This document shows positions 28,604 to 38,324 of a DNA stretch of 64,000 nucleotides, piece after piece. The position numbers and the translations under genes were made by a program. The notes under the pieces are model-generated. The model was not told the origin of the DNA, made no database searches, and was given only the letters and a program-made list of their open reading frames with translations. Source of the DNA: Chloroflexota bacterium (GTDB lineage: Bacteria; Chloroflexota; Anaerolineae; UBA4142); assembly GCA_016219275.1 (NCBI GenBank), contig JACRBM010000039.1, positions 24,751 through 88,750 of the forward strand, read 5' to 3'. How positions within the stretch are numbered: the stretch's first letter is position 1; every line of letters starts with the position of its first letter.

Positions 28604-30142
28604 ATGACAAACTTACTCCTAACCAACGGTACGATTTACACGCTCGATCCCACCCACCCCCGCGCGAACGCGATCGCGTTCGATGCCGGTCGCGTCGTCG
28701 CGTTCGACGACGATGCGATGGCAACACGCACCGCGCGAACCCAGGTCATTGACCTGCGCGGACGCGCGGTCATTCCTGGGTTGGTTGACCACCACATTCA
28801 TTTCACCGCGTACGCCACGAGTCTCGCGCGCGTGCAACTGGACGGCGCGCGTTCGCTCGGCGAAGCGGTTGCGCGGGTCGCCGCGCGCGTTGCAACGACA
28901 AAACCGGGCGAATGGATCATCGGGCTGGGGTGGAATCACCTGGATTGGCGCGACCCAGTTTTTCCATCGAAAACGCCGCTCGACGCGATTGCGCCGAACA
29001 ATCCGGTCGCGCTCGACCGCAAGGATGGACACTCGGCGTGGGTCAACTCGGTCGCGCTGCGAATCGCGCGCATCACGCGCGATTCGCCCGACCCGGCGGG
29101 CGGTGTGATTGATCGCGACGCCTCCGGCGAACCGACCGGTGTTCTGCGCGAAAACGCCATCGAGTTGCTCGGCGGCAACATTGGATTTGACGCGGGCGAA
29201 ATCTCAGAAGAGGTTTTGCTTAACGCGATTCATCGCGCGCATCAGCTCGGCATCGTCGGCATTCACAACGTCGAAGGCGCGGACGCGTTGCGCGCGTTTC
29301 AAAAACTGCGCGCTCAGGACAAATTGAATTTGCATGTGACGCACATGATTCCGGCGGACAATTTGCAACACGCGCGCGCGCTCGGTTTGCGCGGCGGACT
29401 GGGTGACGTGTGGTTGAAAATCGGCGGCATCAAAATGTTCGCCGATGGTTCGCTCGGTTCGCTGACCGCGTGGATGCTCGAACCATTCGAACAGCAACCC
29501 AACAATCGCGGCGTATCCACGCGACCGACGAATGAAATTGAAGCGCTTGCGCGCGAGGCAGCACAAGCCGAGATGATGGTTTGCACGCACGCGATTGGCG
29601 ACCGCGCGAATCGCGAGGTGTTGAACGTGTACGAAAAACTCCGCCGCGAAGGACTGGGCGCGCCGCTGCGCATCGAGCACGCGCAACATTTGGATGCCGC
29701 CGATATTCCGCGCTTTGGTGCGCTGAACGTGATCGCTTCGATGCAACCGATTCACGCGACGAGCGATTACAAAATGGTTGACGATTCTCTCGGCGCGCGC
29801 GGGCGTCATTCGTATGCGTTCAAAAGTCTGCTGAACGCGGGCGCGCGTTTGCAATTCGGGAGCGATTGTCCGGTCGAAACGCTCGATCCCTGGGTCGGCA
29901 TTCACGCGGCGGTCACGCGCGAACGCGCGAACGGCGAACCGCGCGGTGGATGGTATCCCGCAGAAAAACTTTCGCTCGAAGAAACTCTGCGCGCGTACGC
30001 GAGTGGAATTCTAGCGGTTGCAGGTCGCGGCGTGACGAGCGACGCGCTCGTCTTGTCGCACGATATTTTCGCCGTGCCGCCGCGTGAGATTCTCGACACG
30101 CGCGTAGAGTGCGCGGTGGTCGGTGGGCGCGTGGTCATCTGA
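28604..30142 (+). CDS. Amidohydrolase family metal-dependent hydrolase (Amidohydro_3)
   Basis: A DHHIHF metal-binding motif follows an N-terminal beta-sandwich domain. The protein is 513 aa. Confidence 0.75.
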   Translation: MTNLLLTNGTIYTLDPTHPRANAIAFDAGRVVAFDDDAMATRTARTQVIDLRGRAVIPGLVDHHIHFTAYATSLARVQLDGARSLGEAVARVAARVATTKPGEWIIGLGWNHLDWRDPVFPSKTPLDAIAPNNPVALDRKDGHSAWVNSVALRIARITRDSPDPAGGVIDRDASGEPTGVLRENAIELLGGNIGFDAGEISEEVLLNAIHRAHQLGIVGIHNVEGADALRAFQKLRAQDKLNLHVTHMIPADNLQHARALGLRGGLGDVWLKIGGIKMFADGSLGSLTAWMLEPFEQQPNNRGVSTRPTNEIEALAREAAQAEMMVCTHAIGDRANREVLNVYEKLRREGLGAPLRIEHAQHLDAADIPRFGALNVIASMQPIHATSDYKMVDDSLGARGRHSYAFKSLLNAGARLQFGSDCPVETLDPWVGIHAAVTRERANGEPRGGWYPAEKLSLEETLRAYASGILAVAGRGVTSDALVLSHDIFAVPPREILDTRVECAVVGGRVVI

Positions 30143-30175
30143 TTTTCGATTTGCGATTTGCGAATTTCGATTGGA
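30141..30175. repeat. Repeat family B copy 1 (gattttcgatttgcgatttgcgaatttcgattgg), immediately after TGA of amidohydrolase
   Basis: It matches the copies at 36366, 42076 and 49001. Confidence 0.75.
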
Positions 30176-30217
30176 AAACCAAACCGTCCCATCAAGTATC
30201 TGCAACCGAAATCATTT

Positions 30218-30293
30218 GGACGCGGATTCACGCGAATTTTCGCGCATAAGAAAATATCTCCGCGCGCGAAGCGATCTGCGTTCATCCGCGTCC
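30218..30293. repeat. Repeat family C copy 2
   Basis: It is ggacgcggattcacgcg...ttcatccgcgtcc. Confidence 0.75.
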
Positions 30294-30322
30294 AATGATC
30301 TTCTCAAGAATCGGAAATTGAA

Positions 30323-30733
30323 ATGCTTGTGACTCAAATGCAACTCGCCCAACTCATCGCGCAAGCGCAACGCGACGCGCCCAACGAAACGTGCGGCATC
30401 ATCGGCGGCACGGAGGGACGCGCGCTCGGTATCTTTCCACTGACGAACACGGATCCGACGCCGCGCGTGCGCTACAATGCCGACCCGCACGAATTGCTTG
30501 CCGCGTTCCGCGCGATGGACGACCAGGGCTGGGAGCATCTCGCGATTTATCACTCGCACCCGGCAAGCGAGGCGTATCCGTCCGGCGTGGATGTCGCGCG
30601 CGCGTTCTATCCGGACGTTGTGTACATTCTCATCACGCTGATGAACCCCGAGCAACCGCACGTGCGCGCGTTTCGCATCGTCGCGGGAGCCATCAGCGAA
30701 ATCACTTTGGAGGTGAAAGATGAATCATCGTGA
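30323..30733 (+). CDS. JAMM/MPN+ family metalloprotease (Mov34/Mec+-like)
   Basis: It has an E...HSHPASEAYPSGVD JAMM motif and is 136 aa. Confidence 0.8.
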   Translation: MLVTQMQLAQLIAQAQRDAPNETCGIIGGTEGRALGIFPLTNTDPTPRVRYNADPHELLAAFRAMDDQGWEHLAIYHSHPASEAYPSGVDVARAFYPDVVYILITLMNPEQPHVRAFRIVAGAISEITLEVKDESS

Positions 30734-31697
30734 ACGCATGAACGCCGTGTTACGCGGCGCGCCGACGGATCGCGTGCCCGTCGCGCTGTGGCGACATTTT
30801 CCCGGCGCTGACCTAAAATCGGAAACGCTCGCCGCAAGTGTCGTCGCGTTCCAAAAGAAATTCGAATTCGATTTCGTCAAGGTCACGCCCGCCGGCGGGT
30901 ATCCCGCTGAAATGTACGGCTCGCAACTCGAAGGCAAGGGCAATCGCGAAGGCACGCGCGCTCACATCGTCCATGCCGTCAACACGCTATCCGATTGGGA
31001 CAAGCTCGCGCCGCTCGACGAAACGAATTTTGTGTTTCAGCGCGAGAGCGCCGCGCTCAAACTGATTCGGCAACAACTCGGCGGCGACGTGCACATCTTG
31101 CAAACGATTTTTTCGCCGCTCTACTCGGCGGGCAACATCGCCGGCGACCGAATGCTTTCCGATCTGCGCGCGCGACCAGACGTATTGCATCGCGCGCTCA
31201 AAGCGATCACGGAAACGACGATTCGATTTGCAGTGGCGAGTTTGCGCGCGGGCGCGGACGCGATTTTCTTTGCGACGCAAATGGCGACGCGCAGTGTGGT
31301 GAACGAGAGCGCGTTTGCGGAATTCGGCGAGCGGTACGATCTGCAAGTGCTCGAGGGACTTCGCGCGGCGAAACCGGATTTCATCCTCTTGCACATTCAC
31401 GGTTTGGATATTTACTTTGACCGGCTCGCCCAGTGGAACGTGGATGTGATCAACTGGCACGACCGCCGCACCGCCCCGTCGCTGAAGAACGCGCGCACTC
31501 AAAGCAACAAGGTCCTGCTCGGCGGCGTCAGCGAATGGGAGACGCTGACACAAGGGACGCCCGACGCGATTCGCGCCGAGGCGCGCGATGCGATCGCGCA
31601 AACCGGCGGACGCGGCTTCATCCTCGGCGCGGGATGCGTGATTCCGATTGACACGCCGGATGAAAACGTGCGCGTGGTGAGAGAGGTGGTATCTTAG
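30720..31697 (+). CDS. Uroporphyrinogen decarboxylase (URO-D) family protein, MtaA/CmuA-like methyltransferase fold
   Basis: It has a URO-D family N-terminus (RERMNAVLRGAPTDRVPV). It overlaps the JAMM gene by 14 nt. Confidence 0.65.
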   Translation: MNHRERMNAVLRGAPTDRVPVALWRHFPGADLKSETLAASVVAFQKKFEFDFVKVTPAGGYPAEMYGSQLEGKGNREGTRAHIVHAVNTLSDWDKLAPLDETNFVFQRESAALKLIRQQLGGDVHILQTIFSPLYSAGNIAGDRMLSDLRARPDVLHRALKAITETTIRFAVASLRAGADAIFFATQMATRSVVNESAFAEFGERYDLQVLEGLRAAKPDFILLHIHGLDIYFDRLAQWNVDVINWHDRRTAPSLKNARTQSNKVLLGGVSEWETLTQGTPDAIRAEARDAIAQTGGRGFILGAGCVIPIDTPDENVRVVREVVS

Positions 31698-31730
31698 GGA
31701 ACGCTCGCCAAAGTATTCCCGGTTTGCCGC

Positions 31731-34184
31731 TCATTCTTCGATTCCAAACTCGCGCTCCATCAACCGTAGGAAAATTTCAACGACGCGCGGATCGAATTGG
31801 GTCCCGGCGCAACGGTGCAATTCTGCCACCGCGTCTTGATGCGAACGCGCGGCTTTGTAAACCCGTTCATCGAGAATCGCACTGTACGAGTCCACGACCG
31901 TGAGAATGCGCGCCCCCAAGGGAATGGCATCACCCGCCAAGCCATCAGGGTATCCTTTACCATCGTAGCGTTCGTGGTGGTGACGCACGAGGCGCGCCGC
32001 GCCCGCCAGACGCGGCACGGGTTCCAAAATCCGCGCGCCAATGGCAGGATGCTGGCGCATGAGCTTCCATTCTTCCGCGTCTAGTTTCGATGACTTGCCC
32101 AGGACGTCATCGGGGACGCCGATTTTTCCAATATCGTGCAGAATCGCGCCATAGTGCAAATCCTCCAACTCGCGCGCGGTCATTCCCAGTTCACGCCCCA
32201 CGGCTAATCCCATTTGCGCGAGCCGCTGTGCGTGATCCGCCGTGTACGTATCTTTGGCTTCGACTGCATTGGCGAGCGCGAGGACGGTTTGCAGATAACT
32301 CCGCTCGAGTTCGGCAAAGAGTTGCGCGCGGCGCACGGCGTTGGCGGCTTGATCGGCGATGCTATGCGCCAGGCGCCGCTTGTCAGCCGTGAACGGTTCG
32401 CGCTCCGCGCGGCGCATTTCACCGAGCATCAAAACCCCGAGCGCGTGCCCTTCACAATTTGGGTGGTCGTTACAGGACAAAGAACCGCCCACCCGCAGCG
32501 GTACGAGGCAGATGGTTTCCGCCAAATCCAATAATAGGACCTCCCGTTCCAGGTCGGTGAGAGCGGGATCGTTACGGCAAAGGACTTGCGGCTCATTCTG
32601 TTCCAGCGCGCGATGACAGATGGGTAGAGTCTTTACTCCAAAACGCTGACCGAGTTTCAAATCGCGCTGGAGGACGCGAACAGGATGGGCAGCCCGCACG
32701 ACATATTCTTCGTCCTCCAAAAGCGCGACCCGGGCAAAGGTGACATGCGTGATCTCCGCCGCATGGTGGACAACCAAGGTGAGGATGAGGTCGAGGTCGT
32801 GAGCCGCGTCCGCCAACGCGCGCGAGAGATCGTACATCACACCGAGTTCGCGGCGGCGTGTTTGTTCTTCGCAAAATAACCGCGCGTTTTCAATCGCGAT
32901 GGCGGCTTGTCCAGCCAGCATCATGAAAAAATCAATTTCTTCGGAGGGGAAGTGATACCGTTTGCGCGTTGCTAGCTCAAGGACACCGATAATTCCACTC
33001 TGGGTCCGTAGCGGAACCGCGAGGTACGAAACGAGTCCCAACTGCTCCGCGATCGCGCGCCGTACAAAACGCGGTTCGGCGCTTACATTGGCAATGGCGA
33101 TAGGTTCGCCTTGCAAAGCGACCTGACCCACGACGCCCTCTCCAACTTTGAGCAACCCCGATTTGAAAAACTCTTCATCCAAACCGCGTCGCGCCGTGTA
33201 AACCAACTCGCGCGTCTCCGGCTCGACCAGTGCGACGGCGGTGGCATCTACCTGGAGCCGTTCCGTAACTTTTGCGAGCAGGACGTTGAGTGTTTCTTCT
33301 AGACTCCGTTGCGAGATGATCGCGGCGTCAATCTCGTGCAGCGCGCCGAGACGCGCCAGGCGTTCTTGCGCTTGGACGAATAATCGTTTGCGTTCGGTGA
33401 TGTCAATCGCCGTACCTTCAAACCCGATCAACTCACCGGTCGCAGCATAGACGCCTCGCGCATTTTCGGAAATCCAAATGACGTGGTTGTCTTTGCAGTA
33501 CACCTGAGATTCAAAATCCGACACGACGCCGTGTTCTTTGATCAGGCGGACAAATTCGTCGCGACGATTAGGGACAATGTAAAATTGACGTTGGAGATCA
33601 GTGGCGGTCGCGATCAACTCTTCAGGCGATGCGTATCCATAGAGCCGCGCCAGCGTTGGATTCGCGGTCAAGTATTGTCCCGTGATCGTCGTCTGGAAAA
33701 TGCCCACGACCGCGTGTTCAAAAATCGAATGGTACTTTTCTTCCGCCTGCCGCAGCGCGCCCTCGGCTTGGCGGCGCGCGGTCAGTTCGTGCGCGGCTTG
33801 TCTGCCTAGATCGCTCATCCGCCCAAGCACGCCGCCAACTAGCACAAGCAGAACCGAGCCGAGGGTACCACCGCCGGTCCCGGTCATCTCCTGCCAACCC
33901 GACAATCCCAGCAGACTCAGAAGCGAAAGGTTGAGGGGAAAGCAGAACAGCCCAGCCAAAATTCCGCCCCGCATCCCAAGCAGCCAGCCCACCAGAGCCA
34001 CCGGCAGCATCGCCAGGGTTGCCGCCGATGGACCCACCATGCGGTAAATACTAAAATACATCAGAACGTAAGCGGCAAATGCACCCATCACCAATGTGAC
34101 CCGGGCTTGGCGCGACTGTAGGGCAATGCGTGTACCAAATAAAAGATTAGGTCCTAATAGATGAGAAATGTTCAACTTGCTCAT
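31731..34184 (-). CDS. Multi-sensor signal transduction protein: N-terminal membrane domain, PAS, GAF domains and C-terminal HD-GYP phosphodiesterase
   Basis: It has an HD motif (ILHDIGKIGVPD) and a GYP motif (HHERYDGKGYPDGL). Confidence 0.8.
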   Translation of the reverse strand: MSKLNISHLLGPNLLFGTRIALQSRQARVTLVMGAFAAYVLMYFSIYRMVGPSAATLAMLPVALVGWLLGMRGGILAGLFCFPLNLSLLSLLGLSGWQEMTGTGGGTLGSVLLVLVGGVLGRMSDLGRQAAHELTARRQAEGALRQAEEKYHSIFEHAVVGIFQTTITGQYLTANPTLARLYGYASPEELIATATDLQRQFYIVPNRRDEFVRLIKEHGVVSDFESQVYCKDNHVIWISENARGVYAATGELIGFEGTAIDITERKRLFVQAQERLARLGALHEIDAAIISQRSLEETLNVLLAKVTERLQVDATAVALVEPETRELVYTARRGLDEEFFKSGLLKVGEGVVGQVALQGEPIAIANVSAEPRFVRRAIAEQLGLVSYLAVPLRTQSGIIGVLELATRKRYHFPSEEIDFFMMLAGQAAIAIENARLFCEEQTRRRELGVMYDLSRALADAAHDLDLILTLVVHHAAEITHVTFARVALLEDEEYVVRAAHPVRVLQRDLKLGQRFGVKTLPICHRALEQNEPQVLCRNDPALTDLEREVLLLDLAETICLVPLRVGGSLSCNDHPNCEGHALGVLMLGEMRRAEREPFTADKRRLAHSIADQAANAVRRAQLFAELERSYLQTVLALANAVEAKDTYTADHAQRLAQMGLAVGRELGMTARELEDLHYGAILHDIGKIGVPDDVLGKSSKLDAEEWKLMRQHPAIGARILEPVPRLAGAARLVRHHHERYDGKGYPDGLAGDAIPLGARILTVVDSYSAILDERVYKAARSHQDAVAELHRCAGTQFDPRVVEIFLRLMEREFGIEE

Positions 34185-34428
34185 GGATGTTCAATCTCTC
34201 GAATGTGCCAACCGCCCGGTTGTGGCTATTTTGGATGCGGGTGTACGACAAGCGATTTCATCAAGTGACGTATGGGTGTGATCCAAAAAATTAAACCATC
34301 TGCCCGTACTACCAGCACGTGTAGATGACAGATGGTTGTTTTCAATGCGCGCAATCCATCGCGCGCAATTCGAGTATAAAATTGATATCGTTCGTCAGCA
34401 ATGGTATCGAATGGCTAGGAACGAAGGA

Positions 34429-34596
34429 CTAGCGCAGATTCGACTTTGATTGACGGTCCTTTTTCAATCGCGCGATCTCCTCTTCCAACTCATCCAGGCG
34501 CGCAAGCATGGAAGGTTTGATCGAGTGGCGCGGCAATTGCGCTTTCACCTGTTCCAGTTCGCGTTCCAATTCTTCGAGACGATCCGGAGTGGGCAT
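34429..34596 (-). CDS. Small coiled-coil protein, DUF465/YdcH-like
   Basis: A GGAGGG SD sits 5 nt upstream of ATG 34596. The pattern is LEELERELEQVKAQL...LDELEEEIARLKK. Confidence 0.45.
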   Translation of the reverse strand: MPTPDRLEELERELEQVKAQLPRHSIKPSMLARLDELEEEIARLKKDRQSKSNLR

Positions 34597-34610
34597 TTTC
34601 CCTCCGCACA

Positions 34611-34982
34611 TCAATGCAAGCGTTCGAGATGATTGACGAGCGTGCCTGCCGCGTACGCGAGCGCCGCGCGTTCAATATCGCGTTCGTCGGTGATGATCGC
34701 TTCTAGTCCTGCGGCTTGGATGAACGAGAACGCGCCGTTGCCCATCCCACCCGCAATCACCGCGACGCAATCGCGCGCGCTGGCGAGCATATCGTTATGT
34801 GTATCGCCCGCACCGTGATGATGCTCGTGCTGCCCGTGCGTTTGGTGAAACGCCTTCGACCGACGTTCACGCGCGGCGATCTTGCCGGCATCTACCGTGA
34901 CGATCTCATAGTACGGCGCACGACCAAAATGCGCGCTGATCCGCGTCCCATCTTCCGTAACAACTGCAACTTTCGTTGGCAT
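34611..34982 (-). CDS. NifX/NifB-C-terminal-like dinitrogenase FeMo-cofactor-binding family protein
   Basis: It is KVAVVTEDG...HFGRAPYY...IAGGMGNGA, typical of PF02579. Confidence 0.7.
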   Translation of the reverse strand: MPTKVAVVTEDGTRISAHFGRAPYYEIVTVDAGKIAARERRSKAFHQTHGQHEHHHGAGDTHNDMLASARDCVAVIAGGMGNGAFSFIQAAGLEAIITDERDIERAALAYAAGTLVNHLERLH

Positions 34983-35200
34983 ATTTCTCCTTATGGCAAC
35001 TGCCGACGACTGACCGCCGACTGTCGCGCGAATTGACATCGTACTTGATTAGATGCGCGCCACGCGAAAACGTTTCATCCGCGCGACCGCGCCGGCATGC
35101 CGAGACCGATACGCAAATCAAACGCGACCAGGTTGCACCAAAACCTGATCGCTTCGCTTTTCGGACCTGCAACGAGAATGATGTTCGCGGCAAGCCGCCG

Positions 35201-35641
35201 CTATCCCGTCAACTCTCTCACCACTTCGTTGACCAGTTTGCCATCCGCGCGTCCCTTCATTTTCGCCGCGGCTTCTTTCATCACTTTTGGAAACTCTTTC
35301 GTGCCGAGCGCGGCGATGATGCCGGCGACTTCTGTTTTGATTTCGTCGCGGCTCAACTGCTTGGGCATGTATACTTGGAGCACCACGATCTCCGCTTGCT
35401 CTTGCGCCGCCAATTCCGGACGATTGCCTTTTTCGTACGCCTCGATAGAATCGCGCCTTTGTTTGATTTGCTTTTCGACGACGCTCAACAGGTCCGCTTC
35501 GGTGATCGGTTTGTCCGCCGGGCGCGCCAGTTCAAAATTCGCGATCGCGGCGCGGAGCATTCGAATCGTGCCCAATCGTACTTCGTCCTTTGCCTTCATC
35601 GCGATTTTCAAATCTTCGTTTAGTTGGTCTTTGAGTCCCAT
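35201..35641 (-). CDS. GatB/YqeY domain protein
   Basis: It has the YqeY family pattern (LKDQL.EDLK.AMKAKD, QLSRDEI). Confidence 0.75.
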   Translation of the reverse strand: MGLKDQLNEDLKIAMKAKDEVRLGTIRMLRAAIANFELARPADKPITEADLLSVVEKQIKQRRDSIEAYEKGNRPELAAQEQAEIVVLQVYMPKQLSRDEIKTEVAGIIAALGTKEFPKVMKEAAAKMKGRADGKLVNEVVRELTG

Positions 35642-35869
35642 GTTGTTGCCTCCAGAGTAGGGCAAATTTCCAATTTGCCTTCAGAGTCGGCGGCATTGTA
35701 GCGCAGAGCACCACCCAAGTCAAACCGCGCGTGACTTTTGTCATAGACAACCAACGCGGATTCGAGTAAAATGCGGCTGGTGTGATGACAGGGCACCCTC
35801 CCGCGATTGCAAACGTCAATCGGACGGAGGGATTTTTTTGTACACGCGACATGGTAGAAAGGATTCGTT

Positions 35870-36364
35870 ATGCCGGTACCCGCAAGACCGAATTTTTTTT
35901 CTAATGGGTTTGCCGCGATCCCGTTCAGCGCGCTGCTCTTGCTGGTCGCGCTCTTCGGCGGAATCGTCGGCTTGGGTGGGTTCACCTTTTCGTACGCCGA
36001 AGGAGGTTCGTACTTTTCCGATAATCCCGAAGCGTGTGCGAATTGTCACGTGATGCGCGAGGTGTACGACGGTTGGCTGACCGGTCCGCACAAGACCGTC
36101 GCGGTGTGCAACGATTGCCACACGCCGCACAACTCGCTCGTCGCCAAATACGCCGTCAAGGGTTTGAACGGATTCAACCACAGCAAGGCGTTCACGCTCA
36201 ACGATTATCCGGAAGTGATTCGAATCACGCCGTTCAATCGCGAGGTCGCGCAAGCGAATTGTATTCACTGCCACGAAGAACTCGTCACGCTCGTCAGTCA
36301 TCCCGATGATCGGAATCCTACCGATTGTCTAAAATGTCACATCGGCGTCGGTCACGGACGCTAG
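35870..36364 (+). CDS. nrfH: Cytochrome c nitrite reductase small subunit NrfH (NapC/NirT tetraheme family)
   Basis: It has an N-terminal TM helix and four CxxCH motifs (CANCH, CNDCH, CIHCH, CLKCH). Confidence 0.85.
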   Translation: MPVPARPNFFSNGFAAIPFSALLLLVALFGGIVGLGGFTFSYAEGGSYFSDNPEACANCHVMREVYDGWLTGPHKTVAVCNDCHTPHNSLVAKYAVKGLNGFNHSKAFTLNDYPEVIRITPFNREVAQANCIHCHEELVTLVSHPDDRNPTDCLKCHIGVGHGR

Positions 36365-36365
36365 T

Positions 36366-36425
36366 CAATTTTCGATTTGCGATTTTCGATTGCCGATTTC
36401 AAAATCGAAAATCCAAAATCCAAAA
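36366..36425. repeat. Repeat family B copy 2 (tcaattttcgatttgcgattttcgattgccgatttcaaaatcgaaaatccaaaatcc), between nrfH stop and nrfA start
   Basis: It starts right after the nrfH TAG stop and contains an internal inverted repeat. Confidence 0.8.
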
Positions 36426-36439
36426 GAGGAGACGCAATA

Positions 36440-37738
36440 ATGCAATCGAAATCACTGGTTCGTAGTCTTGTGTGGCTCGGCGTCGCGTTTGTCGTTGGCT
36501 TGTTGGCGTTGCTCGGCTTGAGCGCGCTGCTCGTCAACATTCAGGGGCGCAAAGCCGAAGCCGTGCAATACCCGCTCAAGATCGTGCAAATCGCGGACAA
36601 TGAACTCGACCCTGCTGTGTGGGGTAAGAACTATCCGCGCGAGTATGATTCATTTATCAAGACCAAGGACGCCAAAATCTCGACGCCGTATGGTGGCTCG
36701 GTCGCATACGACAAGTTGGAAAAGTTCCCGGCGCTCAAACGCATCTGGGCGGCGATGCCGTTCAGTGTAGATTATAATGAAGAGCGCGGACATTTTTACG
36801 CGTTGAGTGATCAGAAGGAAACCAAACGTCAACAAGCCGCCCCACAACCCGGCGCGTGCGCCAACTGTCACGCCGCCGAAGCGCCGCAGTTGATCGCTTC
36901 GATGGGGTGGGAGAATTTCAACAAGACGCCGTACAAAGACATCGCCGACAAGTTGCACCTCGGCACATCGTGCGCGGATTGCCACGATCCCAAGACGATG
37001 GAACTGCGCTTGACGCGTCCTGGGTTAGTCAACGCGCTAAAAGAACGCGGCATTGATTGGACGCAAGCCACGCGCCAAGAAATGCGGACGTACGTTTGCG
37101 CGCAATGTCACGTCGAGTACTATTTCAAGGGCGACGATAAAATCCTGACCTTCCCGTGGAGCAACGGCTTGACCGCCGAGGATATCGAAAAGCACTATGA
37201 CACGTACGGATTCCGCGACTGGGTGCACAAGGAAACGAACGCGCCGATGCTCAAGGTGCAACATCCCGAGTACGAAATGTGGAGCACCGGCATTCACGCG
37301 CGCTCCGGCGTCGCGTGCGCGGATTGCCACATGCCGTACATGCGCGAAGGCGCACTCAAATTGTCCGATCACTGGCTCCGCAGTCCGTTGACAAACATTG
37401 ACAAGGCATGCCAGCCCTGCCATCGCCAGAGCGAAGAAGAGATGAAAGCGCGCGTCATCAACATTCAGAAAAAGACTTCGGACTTGTTACGTCTCTCCGA
37501 AGCCGCACAAGTGGACGCGATTGACGCGATCGTTGCCGCGATGAAAGCCGGCGCAACCGACGCCGACCTGACCAAGGCGCGCGGTCTGCAACGCAAAGCA
37601 ACGTTCTACTGGGACATCGTCGCCGCCGAGAATAGCACCGGCTTTCACAGTCCGCAAGAAGCAGCGCGCGTACTCGCCAAATCGCTCGACTATGCGCGAC
37701 AGGCGCAACTCGAAGCGATCAAGGTCACGAAAAAATAA
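36440..37738 (+). CDS. nrfA: Ammonia-forming cytochrome c nitrite reductase NrfA (pentaheme; all five sites CxxCH)
   Basis: An AAAGAGGAGA SD precedes the ATG. The five heme-binding motifs are CANCH, CADCH, CAQCH, CADCH and CQPCH, with NrfA-like spacing. Confidence 0.85.
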   Translation: MQSKSLVRSLVWLGVAFVVGLLALLGLSALLVNIQGRKAEAVQYPLKIVQIADNELDPAVWGKNYPREYDSFIKTKDAKISTPYGGSVAYDKLEKFPALKRIWAAMPFSVDYNEERGHFYALSDQKETKRQQAAPQPGACANCHAAEAPQLIASMGWENFNKTPYKDIADKLHLGTSCADCHDPKTMELRLTRPGLVNALKERGIDWTQATRQEMRTYVCAQCHVEYYFKGDDKILTFPWSNGLTAEDIEKHYDTYGFRDWVHKETNAPMLKVQHPEYEMWSTGIHARSGVACADCHMPYMREGALKLSDHWLRSPLTNIDKACQPCHRQSEEEMKARVINIQKKTSDLLRLSEAAQVDAIDAIVAAMKAGATDADLTKARGLQRKATFYWDIVAAENSTGFHSPQEAARVLAKSLDYARQAQLEAIKVTKK

Positions 37739-37765
37739 TCAACGAATGTTGCACGAATAAAAAAT

Positions 37766-37789
37766 GGGGCTGGGAGTACTCCCAGCCCC
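37766..37789. terminator. Perfect 24-bp hairpin, likely bidirectional terminator between nrfA and iscA-like gene
   Basis: The sequence is ggggctgggagtactcccagcccc. A T-run lies on the minus-strand side. Confidence 0.6.
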
Positions 37790-37791
37790 TC

Positions 37792-37842
37792 TCATCCGTT
37801 TATCCGTTTCCCATCCGTTTCCCATCCGTTTCCCATCCGTTA
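37792..37842. repeat. Tandem repeat (tcccatccgtt x4, preceded by atccgtttatccgtt)
   Basis: It is seen directly and lies at the 3' end of the iscA-like gene. Confidence 0.7.
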
Positions 37843-38265
37843 GTGGTGCCCGCAACCGCAGCTACCGCCTTGCGCGTGCCCGCCTTCTTCGGAGCTGAAC
37901 GATTGACCGCACGAGCAGGTGCTCGCCGCGTTCGGATTCTCGATCTTAAAGCCGCCGCCCATCAAACTGTCCACGTAATCCACCGTCGCGCCTTCGAGAT
38001 ACGTCGCACTCGCGTTGTCGAGATAGACGCGCATCCCGCCCGAGTCGAAAACAAAATCGCCGTCCTCGGTCGTGTTCTCGAACGCCATCCCGTATTGAAA
38101 ACCGGAGCAACCACCACCGGATACGAACACGCGCAAGCCGTACCCCGCGAGATTCTTTTCGGCAAGCAGAGTTTGCAGTTTGCTCGCCGCGATCGGCGTG
38201 AGCGTGACCAGCGGTCGCGTCGTCGTCTCGGTGGACGCCGGCATCACCATCGTTTGAGTACCCAT
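37840..38265 (-). CDS. IscA/ErpA/HesB-family Fe-S cluster insertion protein with Cys/His-rich C-terminal tail
   Basis: A GGAGG SD sits 9 nt upstream of the ATG. It has the C...CGCG HesB motifs (SGGGCSG...CSCGQSF) plus a tail GGHAQGGSCGCGHH. Confidence 0.75.
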   Translation of the reverse strand: MGTQTMVMPASTETTTRPLVTLTPIAASKLQTLLAEKNLAGYGLRVFVSGGGCSGFQYGMAFENTTEDGDFVFDSGGMRVYLDNASATYLEGATVDYVDSLMGGGFKIENPNAASTCSCGQSFSSEEGGHAQGGSCGCGHH

Positions 38266-38324
38266 TTCTTTTTCCTCCATCATGAATTCAATGCGCCGGA
38301 TTATATCCGGAAATTGGAAAACTA

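Noticed and set aside
36366-36425. Short repeats considered as a CRISPR array
   Set aside because: The repeats are single or in pairs, dispersed over 30 kb, and lack the regular repeat-spacer periodicity. No cas genes are present.
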